A program made the position numbers and the translations under genes. From contig CAZFDT010000001.1 of NCBI GenBank assembly GCA_964518335.1, positions 13,391 to 77,390 on the forward strand: 64,000 nt of DNA, given 5' to 3'. This DNA comes from an uncultured Phycisphaeraceae bacterium. Its GTDB lineage: Bacteria > Planctomycetota > Phycisphaerae > Phycisphaerales > Phycisphaeraceae. The notes under the pieces were generated by a model that was not told where the DNA came from, did not search any database, and worked only from the letters and a program-made list of their open reading frames with translations. The number at the start of each line of letters is the position of its first letter. Position 1 is the first letter of the stretch. Shown in pieces: positions 1 through 8,373 of this stretch.

Positions 1-438
1 CATTCGCACCATGTTCTGCAGGAAGTAGATGTACTTGCCTCGCGCGTTGGGGGCGGTCACCGTCACCTCGGCCGGGAGATCCGGCAGCCTCTGGCCGCGC
101 AGCATGATGATCGTATTGGGCTGCTGATCCGTGGGCGTCGCCAGTCGGAAGTGATGGCCGTTTCGCGTCACGTCACCGTGCCGCACCGGCGGATAGATGA
201 ACATGTCGTTGGCGCCTTCGTCCGACCATCCACCCTTGCCGTTGTCGGCGACGGCGTCGTCTTCCAGTTGGCGGTTCGCTACATCCGACAGGTCGAGATA
301 AATCGGCTCGGCCGCCGCCATGCATGGCGCCCACACCACCATGGCCCACGCGGCCATTTGCAAGAGACGCACCCGAACGCCGCCATGTACGTACCGATAG
401 CCAGCCGCATGGATATGGCACAGGTGGGTCTGCTGCAT
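1..438 (-). CDS. Hypothetical secreted protein, first 146 codons only (gene continues beyond the window start)
   Basis: ATG at 436-438 (minus strand) with AAGGAG (reverse complement of 445-450) 6 nt upstream. The frame stays open to position 1. It has a signal-like hydrophobic stretch LLQMAAWAMVVWAPCMAAA followed by ...DNGKGGWSDEGANDMFIYPP... It is absent from the supplied ORF track, probably because it is truncated. Confidence 0.55.
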   Translation of the reverse strand, partial: MQQTHLCHIHAAGYRYVHGGVRVRLLQMAAWAMVVWAPCMAAAEPIYLDLSDVANRQLEDDAVADNGKGGWSDEGANDMFIYPPVRHGDVTRNGHHFRLATPTDQQPNTIIMLRGQRLPDLPAEVTVTAPNARGKYIYFLQNMVRM

Positions 439-500
439 GGGTCACTCCTTCGGGATGGCGGGGGGGATGCGACCAATCCCGTCATGGTTCATGGACGGAC

Positions 501-521
501 GATTAAAGTCGGATTAATGAT
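501..521. promoter_or_regulatory. Operator-like site 1 (GATTAAAGTCGGATTAATGAT; ATTAA-N7-TTAAT inverted repeat)
   Basis: AT-rich 21-mer in a GC-rich divergent intergenic region, 63-85 nt upstream of the minus-strand start at 438. It matches the 713-733 site at 16 of 21 positions, with identical GATTAAA and TTAATGAT ends. Confidence 0.3.
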
Positions 522-712
522 ATAGCGCCATCCCTGCACGTCAACCACAACAGGCGCAGTTACCCCGTTGACGCTCGATCCGACCGCGACGAAAACCACG
601 TCCTGCAGTGACCACATTATGCCTGAGACAATTGTATGCTGTCGCGCGAGGACGCCTTCCCCCAGCATCGCGCCCCATTTTCCTCATTGACGAGGACCTG
701 AGACACCAGTAT

Positions 713-733
713 GATTAAAACTTGCTTAATGAT
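713..733. promoter_or_regulatory. Operator-like site 2 (GATTAAAACTTGCTTAATGAT; ATTAA-N7-TTAAT inverted repeat)
   Basis: Second copy of the motif, 24-44 nt upstream of the amidohydrolase start (GTG 757 / ATG 760). Confidence 0.3.
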
Positions 734-756
734 CCGAGTCATGGTCCGAGGGCTAA

Positions 757-1902
757 GTGATGGCCACCGTCACCCAGTCCGGCACCGTCGCCACGGCACC
801 CGAGCAAACGCCCGCGAGGCCTCGGCTCGTGGACACCGATATCCATCACTGTTTGTCGGGGCCACACGACCTGCTGTCATACCTCTCGACCTACGACCGC
901 GCGCGACTTAAGGGGTTTGGCCGCGGCGGCACAGGGGACCGCTACGCTTACAACGGCGGCATCCACGGCCGACGGGTTGATGTGATCGACCCCGACGATG
1001 GATGGGTCGAACCGGGCAGCCAGATCGACAAGGTCATCCGCGACCACCTCGATCACAGTGCGTTTGATATCGGCATTCTCACCGGGCAATCGGTCTATGC
1101 GGCGAGCGCACTGGCGGACTACCACTACGCAGCATCGCTCTGTCGGGCGTTCAACGACTGGACGATCGAGCACTGGCTCACGCGGGATCGCCGATTCCGG
1201 TTCTGCATGGCGATCGGCACACAAGACCCCCTCGCCGCAGCCAGGGAGATTGATCGCATCGGCGACCATCCACAAGTTTGCGGCGTGCTGATGCCCGCTG
1301 GAGCGCCTCGCCCGTTTGGCCAGCGCTTCTATCACCCCATTTACGAAGCGTGCTGCCGGCATCGACTGACACCGGCCATCCATTTCCTCAGCGAAGGCGG
1401 CGGGATCAATCCATCGCCCACGCCCGCAGGGTTTCCCAGCTCCTACGCCGAGAGCCGCGCTTCCCGCTTCACCGTGTACCTAGCACACCTGGCGAGCCTG
1501 ATCTATGAAGGCATCTTCGAGATATTCCCTCAGATGAAGTTCGCGATGCTCGAGTGTGGCTTGGCGTGGGTGCCTTGTACCCTCTGGCGGATGGACAGCG
1601 ACTGGAAGGGCCTACGGCAGCAGGTGCCGTGGGTGAAGCGGCTGCCCAGCGAGTATGTCATCGATCATGTGCGCTTCAACTCCCAGCCCATCGACGAGCC
1701 ACCAAACCGGCGAGACATCGAGCAACTGGTGGCGTGGATGCACGGGGAGCGCACGTTGATGTTCGGCAGCGATTTCCCGCACTGGGATTACGACGATCCG
1801 ACCCACACACTGACTGAGCTGCCCGAGCCTTTGCGTCAGCGGGTCATGGCCGGTAACGCGATCGAGACTTTCAACCTCCTTCCCTTGGACCCGACGCCAT
1901 GA
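757..1902 (+). CDS. Amidohydrolase-2 family metal-dependent hydrolase (lactonase/decarboxylase-like)
   Basis: 381-aa ORF (GTG 757; ATG 760 is an alternative start). It has VDTDIHH near the N-terminus and the C-terminal motif FGSDFPHWDYDDP typical of the Amidohydro_2 TIM-barrel family. Codon third positions are strongly GC-biased. Confidence 0.8.
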   Translation: MMATVTQSGTVATAPEQTPARPRLVDTDIHHCLSGPHDLLSYLSTYDRARLKGFGRGGTGDRYAYNGGIHGRRVDVIDPDDGWVEPGSQIDKVIRDHLDHSAFDIGILTGQSVYAASALADYHYAASLCRAFNDWTIEHWLTRDRRFRFCMAIGTQDPLAAAREIDRIGDHPQVCGVLMPAGAPRPFGQRFYHPIYEACCRHRLTPAIHFLSEGGGINPSPTPAGFPSSYAESRASRFTVYLAHLASLIYEGIFEIFPQMKFAMLECGLAWVPCTLWRMDSDWKGLRQQVPWVKRLPSEYVIDHVRFNSQPIDEPPNRRDIEQLVAWMHGERTLMFGSDFPHWDYDDPTHTLTELPEPLRQRVMAGNAIETFNLLPLDPTP

Positions 1903-2330
1903 GCAAGCTGCCGGTCTGCCCCGCCCACGAACTGCCGCCGGGGTCGCGGCGCATCGTGGAGGCAAGTGACAGGATCAGCATCGGCGTCTTCAACGTCGAA
2001 GGCCGGTTCTATGCGCTGCGGAACATCTGCCCGCATCGAAAGGCGCCGCTCTGCCTCGGACAGTTGAGCGGGCACGTCACCAGCGACGGGCCAGGCGATG
2101 CGCAGATGCACGGCCCCAACCGTATCCTACGTTGCCCCTGGCACGGTTGGGAATTCGACATCACCACCGGTCAGTCCGTCTTCAATCCGCACAACGTCCG
2201 CGTTAAGACCTACCCCGTCAGCGTAGAGTCTTCGTGCGAGGTATGCACACTCAGTGACAAAGAGGACCCGAGCATCGAGACGTACCCAGTGACCATCGAC
2301 GACGGGGTCATCACCGTTCTGCTGAAATAA
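1899..2330 (+). CDS. Rieske [2Fe-2S] domain protein
   Basis: Contains the Rieske ligand boxes CPHRKAPL and CPWHGWEFD. Its start overlaps the upstream stop (ATGA at 1899-1902). Confidence 0.85.
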   Translation: MSKLPVCPAHELPPGSRRIVEASDRISIGVFNVEGRFYALRNICPHRKAPLCLGQLSGHVTSDGPGDAQMHGPNRILRCPWHGWEFDITTGQSVFNPHNVRVKTYPVSVESSCEVCTLSDKEDPSIETYPVTIDDGVITVLLK

Positions 2331-2566
2331 CGTCAGCCCGACCCCGTCACCGCGCAGATCAGAATGAGTCTAGCCCCAATACGGTTCACTTAACCATCAC
2401 GACGGCGGATGCGAAGGGTTTGACCCATGTGCCGCGGTCGTGTGGTTGTTTCTTGGCGTAATTGCTCATTTTAGTCTTGACGACACGGGGGTTGATGCGG
2501 CTCTGGCGCGACGGCAGTCCGAAGGACAAGACGTGGTTTGACTCCCACCACCTCTGCAACGCGCCC

Positions 2567-2803
2567 AGTTTCACCATCATCGGAGCAGACAACGCCTCGC
2601 ACCCGACGCATGCGACACTCGACAATCCCTGGACCTGCACGCGTGATAGTGAACTGTTCTTCGATCTCGTCGCCTGCGGCATGCGGGCAGTTGAACCGCT
2701 TGTCAGCCACCACGTGCCTTTCAGTCAGGCAACAGAGTGGCATCCCCGACTGGATGTTCCCGGGAGTGACACGATGAAGGTCGTGTTGACTTGGTCCGAG
2801 TGA
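2567..2803 (+). pseudogene. Remnant of the C-terminal end of a medium-chain (zinc-type) alcohol/polyol dehydrogenase
   Basis: The tail of ORF 2462-2803 reads ...ELFFDLVACGMRAVEPLVSHHVPFSQATEWHPRLDVPGSDTMKVVLTW. This resembles the conserved MDR C-terminus (...PLVTHRFPL..A.EAF....G..IKV.L). Only about 240 nt lie between it and the Rieske stop, so the roughly 290-aa N-terminal part cannot be present. Confidence 0.4.
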
Positions 2804-2900
2804 TATACGGGATCACACCCAACACCAACTTGGGCAACGTTCGACCCGCCCTGTATAGCAGTTGTGGCGCATTGTTCCATACCTCCCTCATCGGGCCGCA

Positions 2901-4838
2901 TCAGCGCCTTGTGTTCGCGCGTGCGTGGTATCGCTTCGTCAGGCTCTCTGACACATGATTCCCTCGAACCACCAGGTACAACTCCCCGTTGCGGATCGTG
3001 TCTGTCCATTCGACACCGCCGTGTGGCAAGGGGGCAGCGGCAAGCGATTCGAGGTTCCCATCGGCCACACGATATACCCGGTCTGGATTGAGCCAGGGCA
3101 AATCGGGAAATGAAATCACGGCATTTTCTACAGGCGATTGCTCAAAGCCACTTGCCTGGCTCGTGTAATTGTCGTTGACAACGACCACCAACGCGGCGTC
3201 CTGACCTGCCCACAGGGTCTGCGTCCATAGCGTCTCACGCGAGCTTGAGGCCCACTGCAGCGGATGTGACACATTGAGCAATGGCGCGACCATTTGCAAC
3301 TCTCGCGAGTTCTCGCCCACTGTACGCCACATGTCGGGCAGTGAGTCGGTACCGTGAAACATGAGGTTGCCAACCATTTCGGTGCGGTCAGTCCATGCGA
3401 ACAGTCCTCGCGCTCCAAACCCGATTGCGTATAACATCTGAATGCGCACTTCGCTGGGAGTGGGGCAGCGTCCAAAGCCGCGGACGCGCTTGGGGTCACG
3501 AAACGCGTCGAATCCGCCATTCAGCATTTCCCGACCGGAAACATAGCGATTCTGATTGATGCCATACTCCTCCCAACCCGACTGATACGTGTAAGTAAAC
3601 GGCCCCGGCATGCTCGCACGGCGGATGTTGGCGAGGTTGTCACGGATGCTCCGGATCGACCATCCCGCGATGAGCGGATAGCAGTCGGGATTTGGAATGT
3701 CGCTGATGGGGCAATAGATGTAGTAGTTGTGTGGCGTGAAAGTCAGGTTGATCGTGAGCGAAGTAGGTGTCTGCGCGTCTACGGCTCGACAGCCCGCTTC
3801 GTAGGCAATCACTTGCGGCGCGTGCTGCCCGATGCGGTAACGCATGGGGACGTCCTTAACGCCGTGGTCCTTGACATCAGGCTCATCGACCAGGCCGTAT
3901 GCGAAAATCGCCGGATGCCTCAGCGTGTCGGGGGAAGGTTCGCCCTTCACCAGGGGGATGGTGCGGACGCCCAGTCGCTGGGCCTGGTCCAACTGGACCA
4001 TGCTGAGTCGGCGAAAGCTATTGTAGGCATCAAGCCCATTGGCTGCGTATCGCTCGAAGTCAGCCCCGCCGTAAGTCCCGAAGACAGCGAGATCGCCGAA
4101 CGCACGGAGGCCGCCTGCCGCCACTGTCTGGCCCTGGGCCTCGAATCGGAATGTGTAGAACACACCTCTTTCAAATCCCTCCGGCAGGTTCACGACCGCG
4201 ACGCCGGTGTCTCGCACGAAGTCATCGTGCAGCCATGTGACATGGTCTGTCACTCGCCGCCCATTGAGATGTAGTTCGGTCGGCAGCTTGGCCGACGCCT
4301 CTTGCCGCTCCAGGTAGATCGTGGCCTGCGATAGAGCCGCATCAAAGACTATGGTCGCGATGCGGCACATGGCCGCGATGGGTTGCACCCGCGCAGTCAC
4401 GTGGAGGGCCTGACTCGCTGTCAACTCTACGTCCACTGAATCACGCAGAGTCTCGCGCAGGCAGAGGGTGAGTTCACCCTCGCCGCCGGGCGGGATGCGA
4501 TCGGGACGCAGGCGGGTCCAGATCAATAGGTGGGCTGCATGGTGCTCCTTTGCGGTCTTGCCGTTCCACGCGATATCCTCAATGCCAACGGGTGTGGTGC
4601 TGTTGTTGCGCAGATAGATACGAACATAAGCACCGCCATCGGTGATTGATTCCTTCGCCTCACGAATCTCATCGTTACCTTCAGGTGCTGCGATCCGGAC
4701 GGGCTGATTGGCCGTATGAAACGCCCCGACCAGCTCAAGCCCACGTACGGGCTCGCCGAATGCGGATGCAGGCCCTGTGACCAGGCATACAAAAGTGGTG
4801 ACCCACATCAACAGACAGACATTGCAGAGTTGCAGCAT
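2901..4838 (-). CDS. Secreted hypothetical protein, possibly glycoside-hydrolase-like (family not recognised)
   Basis: 645-aa ORF with N-terminal signal-like LLMWVTTFVCLVTGPASAFG. A GGAGG RBS lies upstream (reverse complement near 4848-4852). It sits in an operon with GH-like genes. I could not see a diagnostic family motif. Confidence 0.6.
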   Translation of the reverse strand: MLQLCNVCLLMWVTTFVCLVTGPASAFGEPVRGLELVGAFHTANQPVRIAAPEGNDEIREAKESITDGGAYVRIYLRNNSTTPVGIEDIAWNGKTAKEHHAAHLLIWTRLRPDRIPPGGEGELTLCLRETLRDSVDVELTASQALHVTARVQPIAAMCRIATIVFDAALSQATIYLERQEASAKLPTELHLNGRRVTDHVTWLHDDFVRDTGVAVVNLPEGFERGVFYTFRFEAQGQTVAAGGLRAFGDLAVFGTYGGADFERYAANGLDAYNSFRRLSMVQLDQAQRLGVRTIPLVKGEPSPDTLRHPAIFAYGLVDEPDVKDHGVKDVPMRYRIGQHAPQVIAYEAGCRAVDAQTPTSLTINLTFTPHNYYIYCPISDIPNPDCYPLIAGWSIRSIRDNLANIRRASMPGPFTYTYQSGWEEYGINQNRYVSGREMLNGGFDAFRDPKRVRGFGRCPTPSEVRIQMLYAIGFGARGLFAWTDRTEMVGNLMFHGTDSLPDMWRTVGENSRELQMVAPLLNVSHPLQWASSSRETLWTQTLWAGQDAALVVVVNDNYTSQASGFEQSPVENAVISFPDLPWLNPDRVYRVADGNLESLAAAPLPHGGVEWTDTIRNGELYLVVRGNHVSESLTKRYHARANTRR

Positions 4839-4929
4839 CGTTGTTCAAACCTCCGGTTTCGGCGCAATCCGTGAATGAGTGCAAATATTGCCGGCAGACC
4901 GGGATGTGACAAGCAAGCGAGCGATCGTG

Positions 4930-6189
4930 TTACTCATCAGTCTGATTTGCCGGCAACAGAAAGAGTCGCGAGTCGCTGGCATCCAGTGATATCTGAAACC
5001 CAGGCAGATTTGGGCTTTCGTCCTGGACAGGGACCTCTTCACCGCTTTGGCGGGCGACCTCCGTAACGCGCTGGATGTCGGCGTCAAACACCACGGTTGC
5101 CCACGCGGAAAACGAAAAGCTGCCGTTGTTGATCATGACCGCCCGTCGGCCATCCTTATGACGGAAAGTACCGATCAGATAGTTGTGTGGCGGATCGGTG
5201 GATTCAGAAGGTCCAATGTGGCTGATCGCGCAATTCTCCAGCAGGCGGGATGCATTGTCGTGGGCGCCGATGTGAATCACCGCGTCACTCGTGAGATCCA
5301 TCAACACCGGCCCGATGTTCTTCAATTCCAGATTGATGCGCTTGGCGTGCTCGTACTGGCGCGTCGTCCTGCCGTCGGCGGCGACGAGAGCGCCGCCTTT
5401 CCTGAACTCATGCCAATCCGGTAGTGTGTAATAGGCAAAGTAGAGTATCCCTTTGGTGCCATATGCAAGCGACGCGTTGATTTGCCAACGAAGCTGTGCC
5501 TCGGTTGGCGCAGTATGCGTGCTGTAGGGCATGGCGTTCACAAACACCCAGAACGGAATTTCCCGCTCCAGTGCTTTAGCACGAATCAGCGCGAGATTAC
5601 TGTGGTAGCGAGCCCAGCCTGGCTCGATAGGCTGATCGGGGCGGATGAGCGGATAATGATCGAAGCAAAGTACATCGGGAGCGACGGCTGCCAGATATCG
5701 ATCTACATATTCTTCATAGGCACTGGCCTGAAGTTGCTTCGTGGTGGCCCAGTTTGGATAAAGATTGGCGAACACCAGCTTGTCAGGGCGCAGCCGTCGA
5801 ATCTCCCGTGTCTTGAGCGCCAGAGCCGAAAACTGGTCGGCACCCGGCTCGTCGCCAAGAAAATAGCCCATGCACTCCGCGCCTTGAGGAAGATCGCACA
5901 GCGCTTCAAAGGGGACATTCGCCGTATAAGCCATGAAACGTAGCTCCAACGCTTCCAGATATCTCACCATTTCCTGGCGTTGTGCGTCGGTGCCATTATG
6001 CAGTAGAGGAACCGTGTTGAAGTGGGCGTTGGCGATCTGCCGGTAACTGTTCTCCGAGAATGGCGGCGGAATCATGAAACTGATAACAAACTCGCGCTGC
6101 GGCACCGCTTCTGGATGGTCAGCCACCACTGCGAAAGGTTTGCTCGTCAAAGCAAACGCGGCAATGACGATTAGCAGATCACACTTCAC
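4930..6189 (-). CDS. Secreted hypothetical protein, GH42-like/TIM-barrel-like (family not recognised)
   Basis: I chose GTG at 6187-6189 as the start, giving VKCDLLIVIAAFALTSKPFAVVA (signal-like). The longer ORF start at 6282 would run 104 nt into the upstream GH42 gene. The body has alternating beta-alpha-like segments (FANLYPNW, CFDHYP, WVFVNAMPY, GILYFAYY). Confidence 0.6.
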   Translation of the reverse strand: MKCDLLIVIAAFALTSKPFAVVADHPEAVPQREFVISFMIPPPFSENSYRQIANAHFNTVPLLHNGTDAQRQEMVRYLEALELRFMAYTANVPFEALCDLPQGAECMGYFLGDEPGADQFSALALKTREIRRLRPDKLVFANLYPNWATTKQLQASAYEEYVDRYLAAVAPDVLCFDHYPLIRPDQPIEPGWARYHSNLALIRAKALEREIPFWVFVNAMPYSTHTAPTEAQLRWQINASLAYGTKGILYFAYYTLPDWHEFRKGGALVAADGRTTRQYEHAKRINLELKNIGPVLMDLTSDAVIHIGAHDNASRLLENCAISHIGPSESTDPPHNYLIGTFRHKDGRRAVMINNGSFSFSAWATVVFDADIQRVTEVARQSGEEVPVQDESPNLPGFQISLDASDSRLFLLPANQTDE

Positions 6190-8335
6190 GATGTTCTCCT
6201 GCTCTCTTCGCCCGCACTGACTTGGCCTGGGCTGTCCGACGCGCAATGCCCATCTCCGCAACCCAGACCGCCCCAGCTTCAAGCGTGAGGAATCTCCCCT
6301 GTAACTGTGTACCGGTTTGATGCCAGATGGTTGCCTGCTCGCACGGAAGAGTCATGCTGCCGAGTGCATCAGAGACATTGAACACGAACCAAATCGCACT
6401 GTCTTTGCATTCGCGCCGGCGCACCCAGATGCCACGATCCGCAGCATGGGCAGGTTCGATGTCCCAACCGCGGAGGATGTGATCCACAACCGACATGGCT
6501 GGATCGTCCCAACTCGCCTGTAAGGACAGCGACAGATTCATCCCCAGCGTCACCACATCACCCTTGCCGCTACCATGACGGACGGCTGCGACCGACCCGT
6601 CCGGCCACCACGCGAAGGGCGTGCCGCCATCGGGCGTCAGTTCGATGTGCCAGACCCTGGCGTTCACGGTTATGCCGTGGTCGAAGCGCACCGATTTCGC
6701 ATCATCGTCCAATGCGATGCGCTGAGCCTCGCGGCATCCGGTGAGGTCGTGCAGTCCATGCGAAGGTCGATCGGGCGACACCCACGTGCGTGCATCGCGG
6801 CAGGCAAAGGGATACTCCACAATGACTCGCCCGCCGCCGCGAACGTACCTGCGTAACCGTTGGGCCAGCGCATCATCGATCATCTCGATAGCGGTCAGAT
6901 GGACGACCGAGTACTTCTCCAGTTCATCGCCGGGCACGACGAAGTCGGTCACGTGCCCCAAGGCCTGATACAGAAAGTGCGCGGAGTGCAGCGATAGCTT
7001 GCAGGGATAGTCGGTGCGGATCCTGGCCTGTCGCGGGTCCGGCTCGTCAAATGCCATGCGTTCGACTCGGCCCAGAAGGTCGGATTCCCTGCTGTAGAGA
7101 AGTGCGATCTGTGCTGGGGCCCTTCGTGATGCCGCGAGTTTGGCGCCATGCTCACGCAGGACGGCCGCGATTGTGTCGCAGGCGTCGCTGCGCGGAGTCG
7201 GGTCGCCATTGATTTCGCGCATGCCCCAGCCATTACTCTCGTCGCCCAGGCGCTCGGAGCGATATTGCCAGAATGTCATTCCTGCCGCGCCGCCTGCCAG
7301 CGCCATCCAGATTAATCGGCTAAGCGTCTGCGGCTGGGGTGGACGACACCATGCGGTCTGGTTGGGGTAAAACTCGTGACACCAATAGTCGGGATCGACA
7401 CGGCGCAGCCAGTCGCTTATCAGATCCGCCTCAGCGTGATGAGCGGGCTGGGTGGGCCGGAGAGTGAGAGGAAAGGATGTGCCGTAGCGATCGGCGGTCG
7501 CGGCGGTGAGCAGATCATCGTTGGCGTCACATGCCGGATCCTGCAACACGCTGCAGTAGCCCGCATGGACGAGAATCTTGCGATCGGGATCATGCGAGCG
7601 GATAGTCTGGACCACCGCTTGAACATGCCCGGCAACGGCGTGAGCGGCCCACTGTCGCCAGAGGAGCATCTCGGCATAGTCGCCGGCCGAGGCGGGCGGC
7701 CTGACGCTTGCCATGGATGACCATGCCTTACCGTAGGCCTCATTGAGCTGATCGACCGATGCAAATCGCGCAGTGAGCCAGTGCTGGTACGACTGCACGG
7801 AATGGACGCAGTGACACTGCCCCAACGGCTTGCTGCGAGGCTCGTTCCACGCGTCGTAAAACCACAGTGCTTGCCGGTTCTGATACCGCCGGACAAGCTG
7901 GCCGACAAAGTCGTTGGCGGCATGGAGGACAGCTGGGTTGTCAAAACACGGGAGCCAGCCTCCGACATAGAACGACCCGATTGCCATCGCACTGATCGGG
8001 ATGCCGTGAAAGCCCACACGCGTGCCCCGCAGATCCTCGAACACCCAATCGGGCGCGGTCTCGAGCATGGGCTTGAGCACGACGCGCAAACCATGCTGTG
8101 CCGCGAGGTCGAACAGGCGATCCAGATCATCGAAGGTGTAACGGTCGCGCACGCGCTCGTGCCATCGCCATTGCGGACGATACTGCACATGGGTGTAGCC
8201 GATCGCAGCGATGCGACGCAGGTCATCGTCCCACTCGGTCGGGAGCGGCGTGGGAGCACGGTAGTACTGGACCCCGAAAGGGAATCCATCCAGACCGAAC
8301 TCGTATCCCGGAGTGACATTTCGCTGCGCGGTCAT
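6179..8335 (-). CDS. Glycoside hydrolase family 42-like beta-galactosidase (cytoplasmic)
   Basis: 718 aa. N-terminal FGVQYYRAPTPLPTEWDDDLRRIAAIGYTHVQY and WNEPRS (clan GH-A NEP acid/base motif) are typical of GH42. No signal peptide. Confidence 0.8.
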   Translation of the reverse strand: MTAQRNVTPGYEFGLDGFPFGVQYYRAPTPLPTEWDDDLRRIAAIGYTHVQYRPQWRWHERVRDRYTFDDLDRLFDLAAQHGLRVVLKPMLETAPDWVFEDLRGTRVGFHGIPISAMAIGSFYVGGWLPCFDNPAVLHAANDFVGQLVRRYQNRQALWFYDAWNEPRSKPLGQCHCVHSVQSYQHWLTARFASVDQLNEAYGKAWSSMASVRPPASAGDYAEMLLWRQWAAHAVAGHVQAVVQTIRSHDPDRKILVHAGYCSVLQDPACDANDDLLTAATADRYGTSFPLTLRPTQPAHHAEADLISDWLRRVDPDYWCHEFYPNQTAWCRPPQPQTLSRLIWMALAGGAAGMTFWQYRSERLGDESNGWGMREINGDPTPRSDACDTIAAVLREHGAKLAASRRAPAQIALLYSRESDLLGRVERMAFDEPDPRQARIRTDYPCKLSLHSAHFLYQALGHVTDFVVPGDELEKYSVVHLTAIEMIDDALAQRLRRYVRGGGRVIVEYPFACRDARTWVSPDRPSHGLHDLTGCREAQRIALDDDAKSVRFDHGITVNARVWHIELTPDGGTPFAWWPDGSVAAVRHGSGKGDVVTLGMNLSLSLQASWDDPAMSVVDHILRGWDIEPAHAADRGIWVRRRECKDSAIWFVFNVSDALGSMTLPCEQATIWHQTGTQLQGRFLTLEAGAVWVAEMGIARRTAQAKSVRAKRAGEHREV

Positions 8336-8373
8336 TGCAAATCCTCTATGGCTTCCGAGCGGCGGTCGTCGTG

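Noticed and set aside
2386-2682. 98-aa minus-strand ORF in the 2331-2900 spacer
   Set aside because: It has no motif and poor codon bias, and it overlaps the plus-strand dehydrogenase remnant. I treated it as noise in a decayed region.
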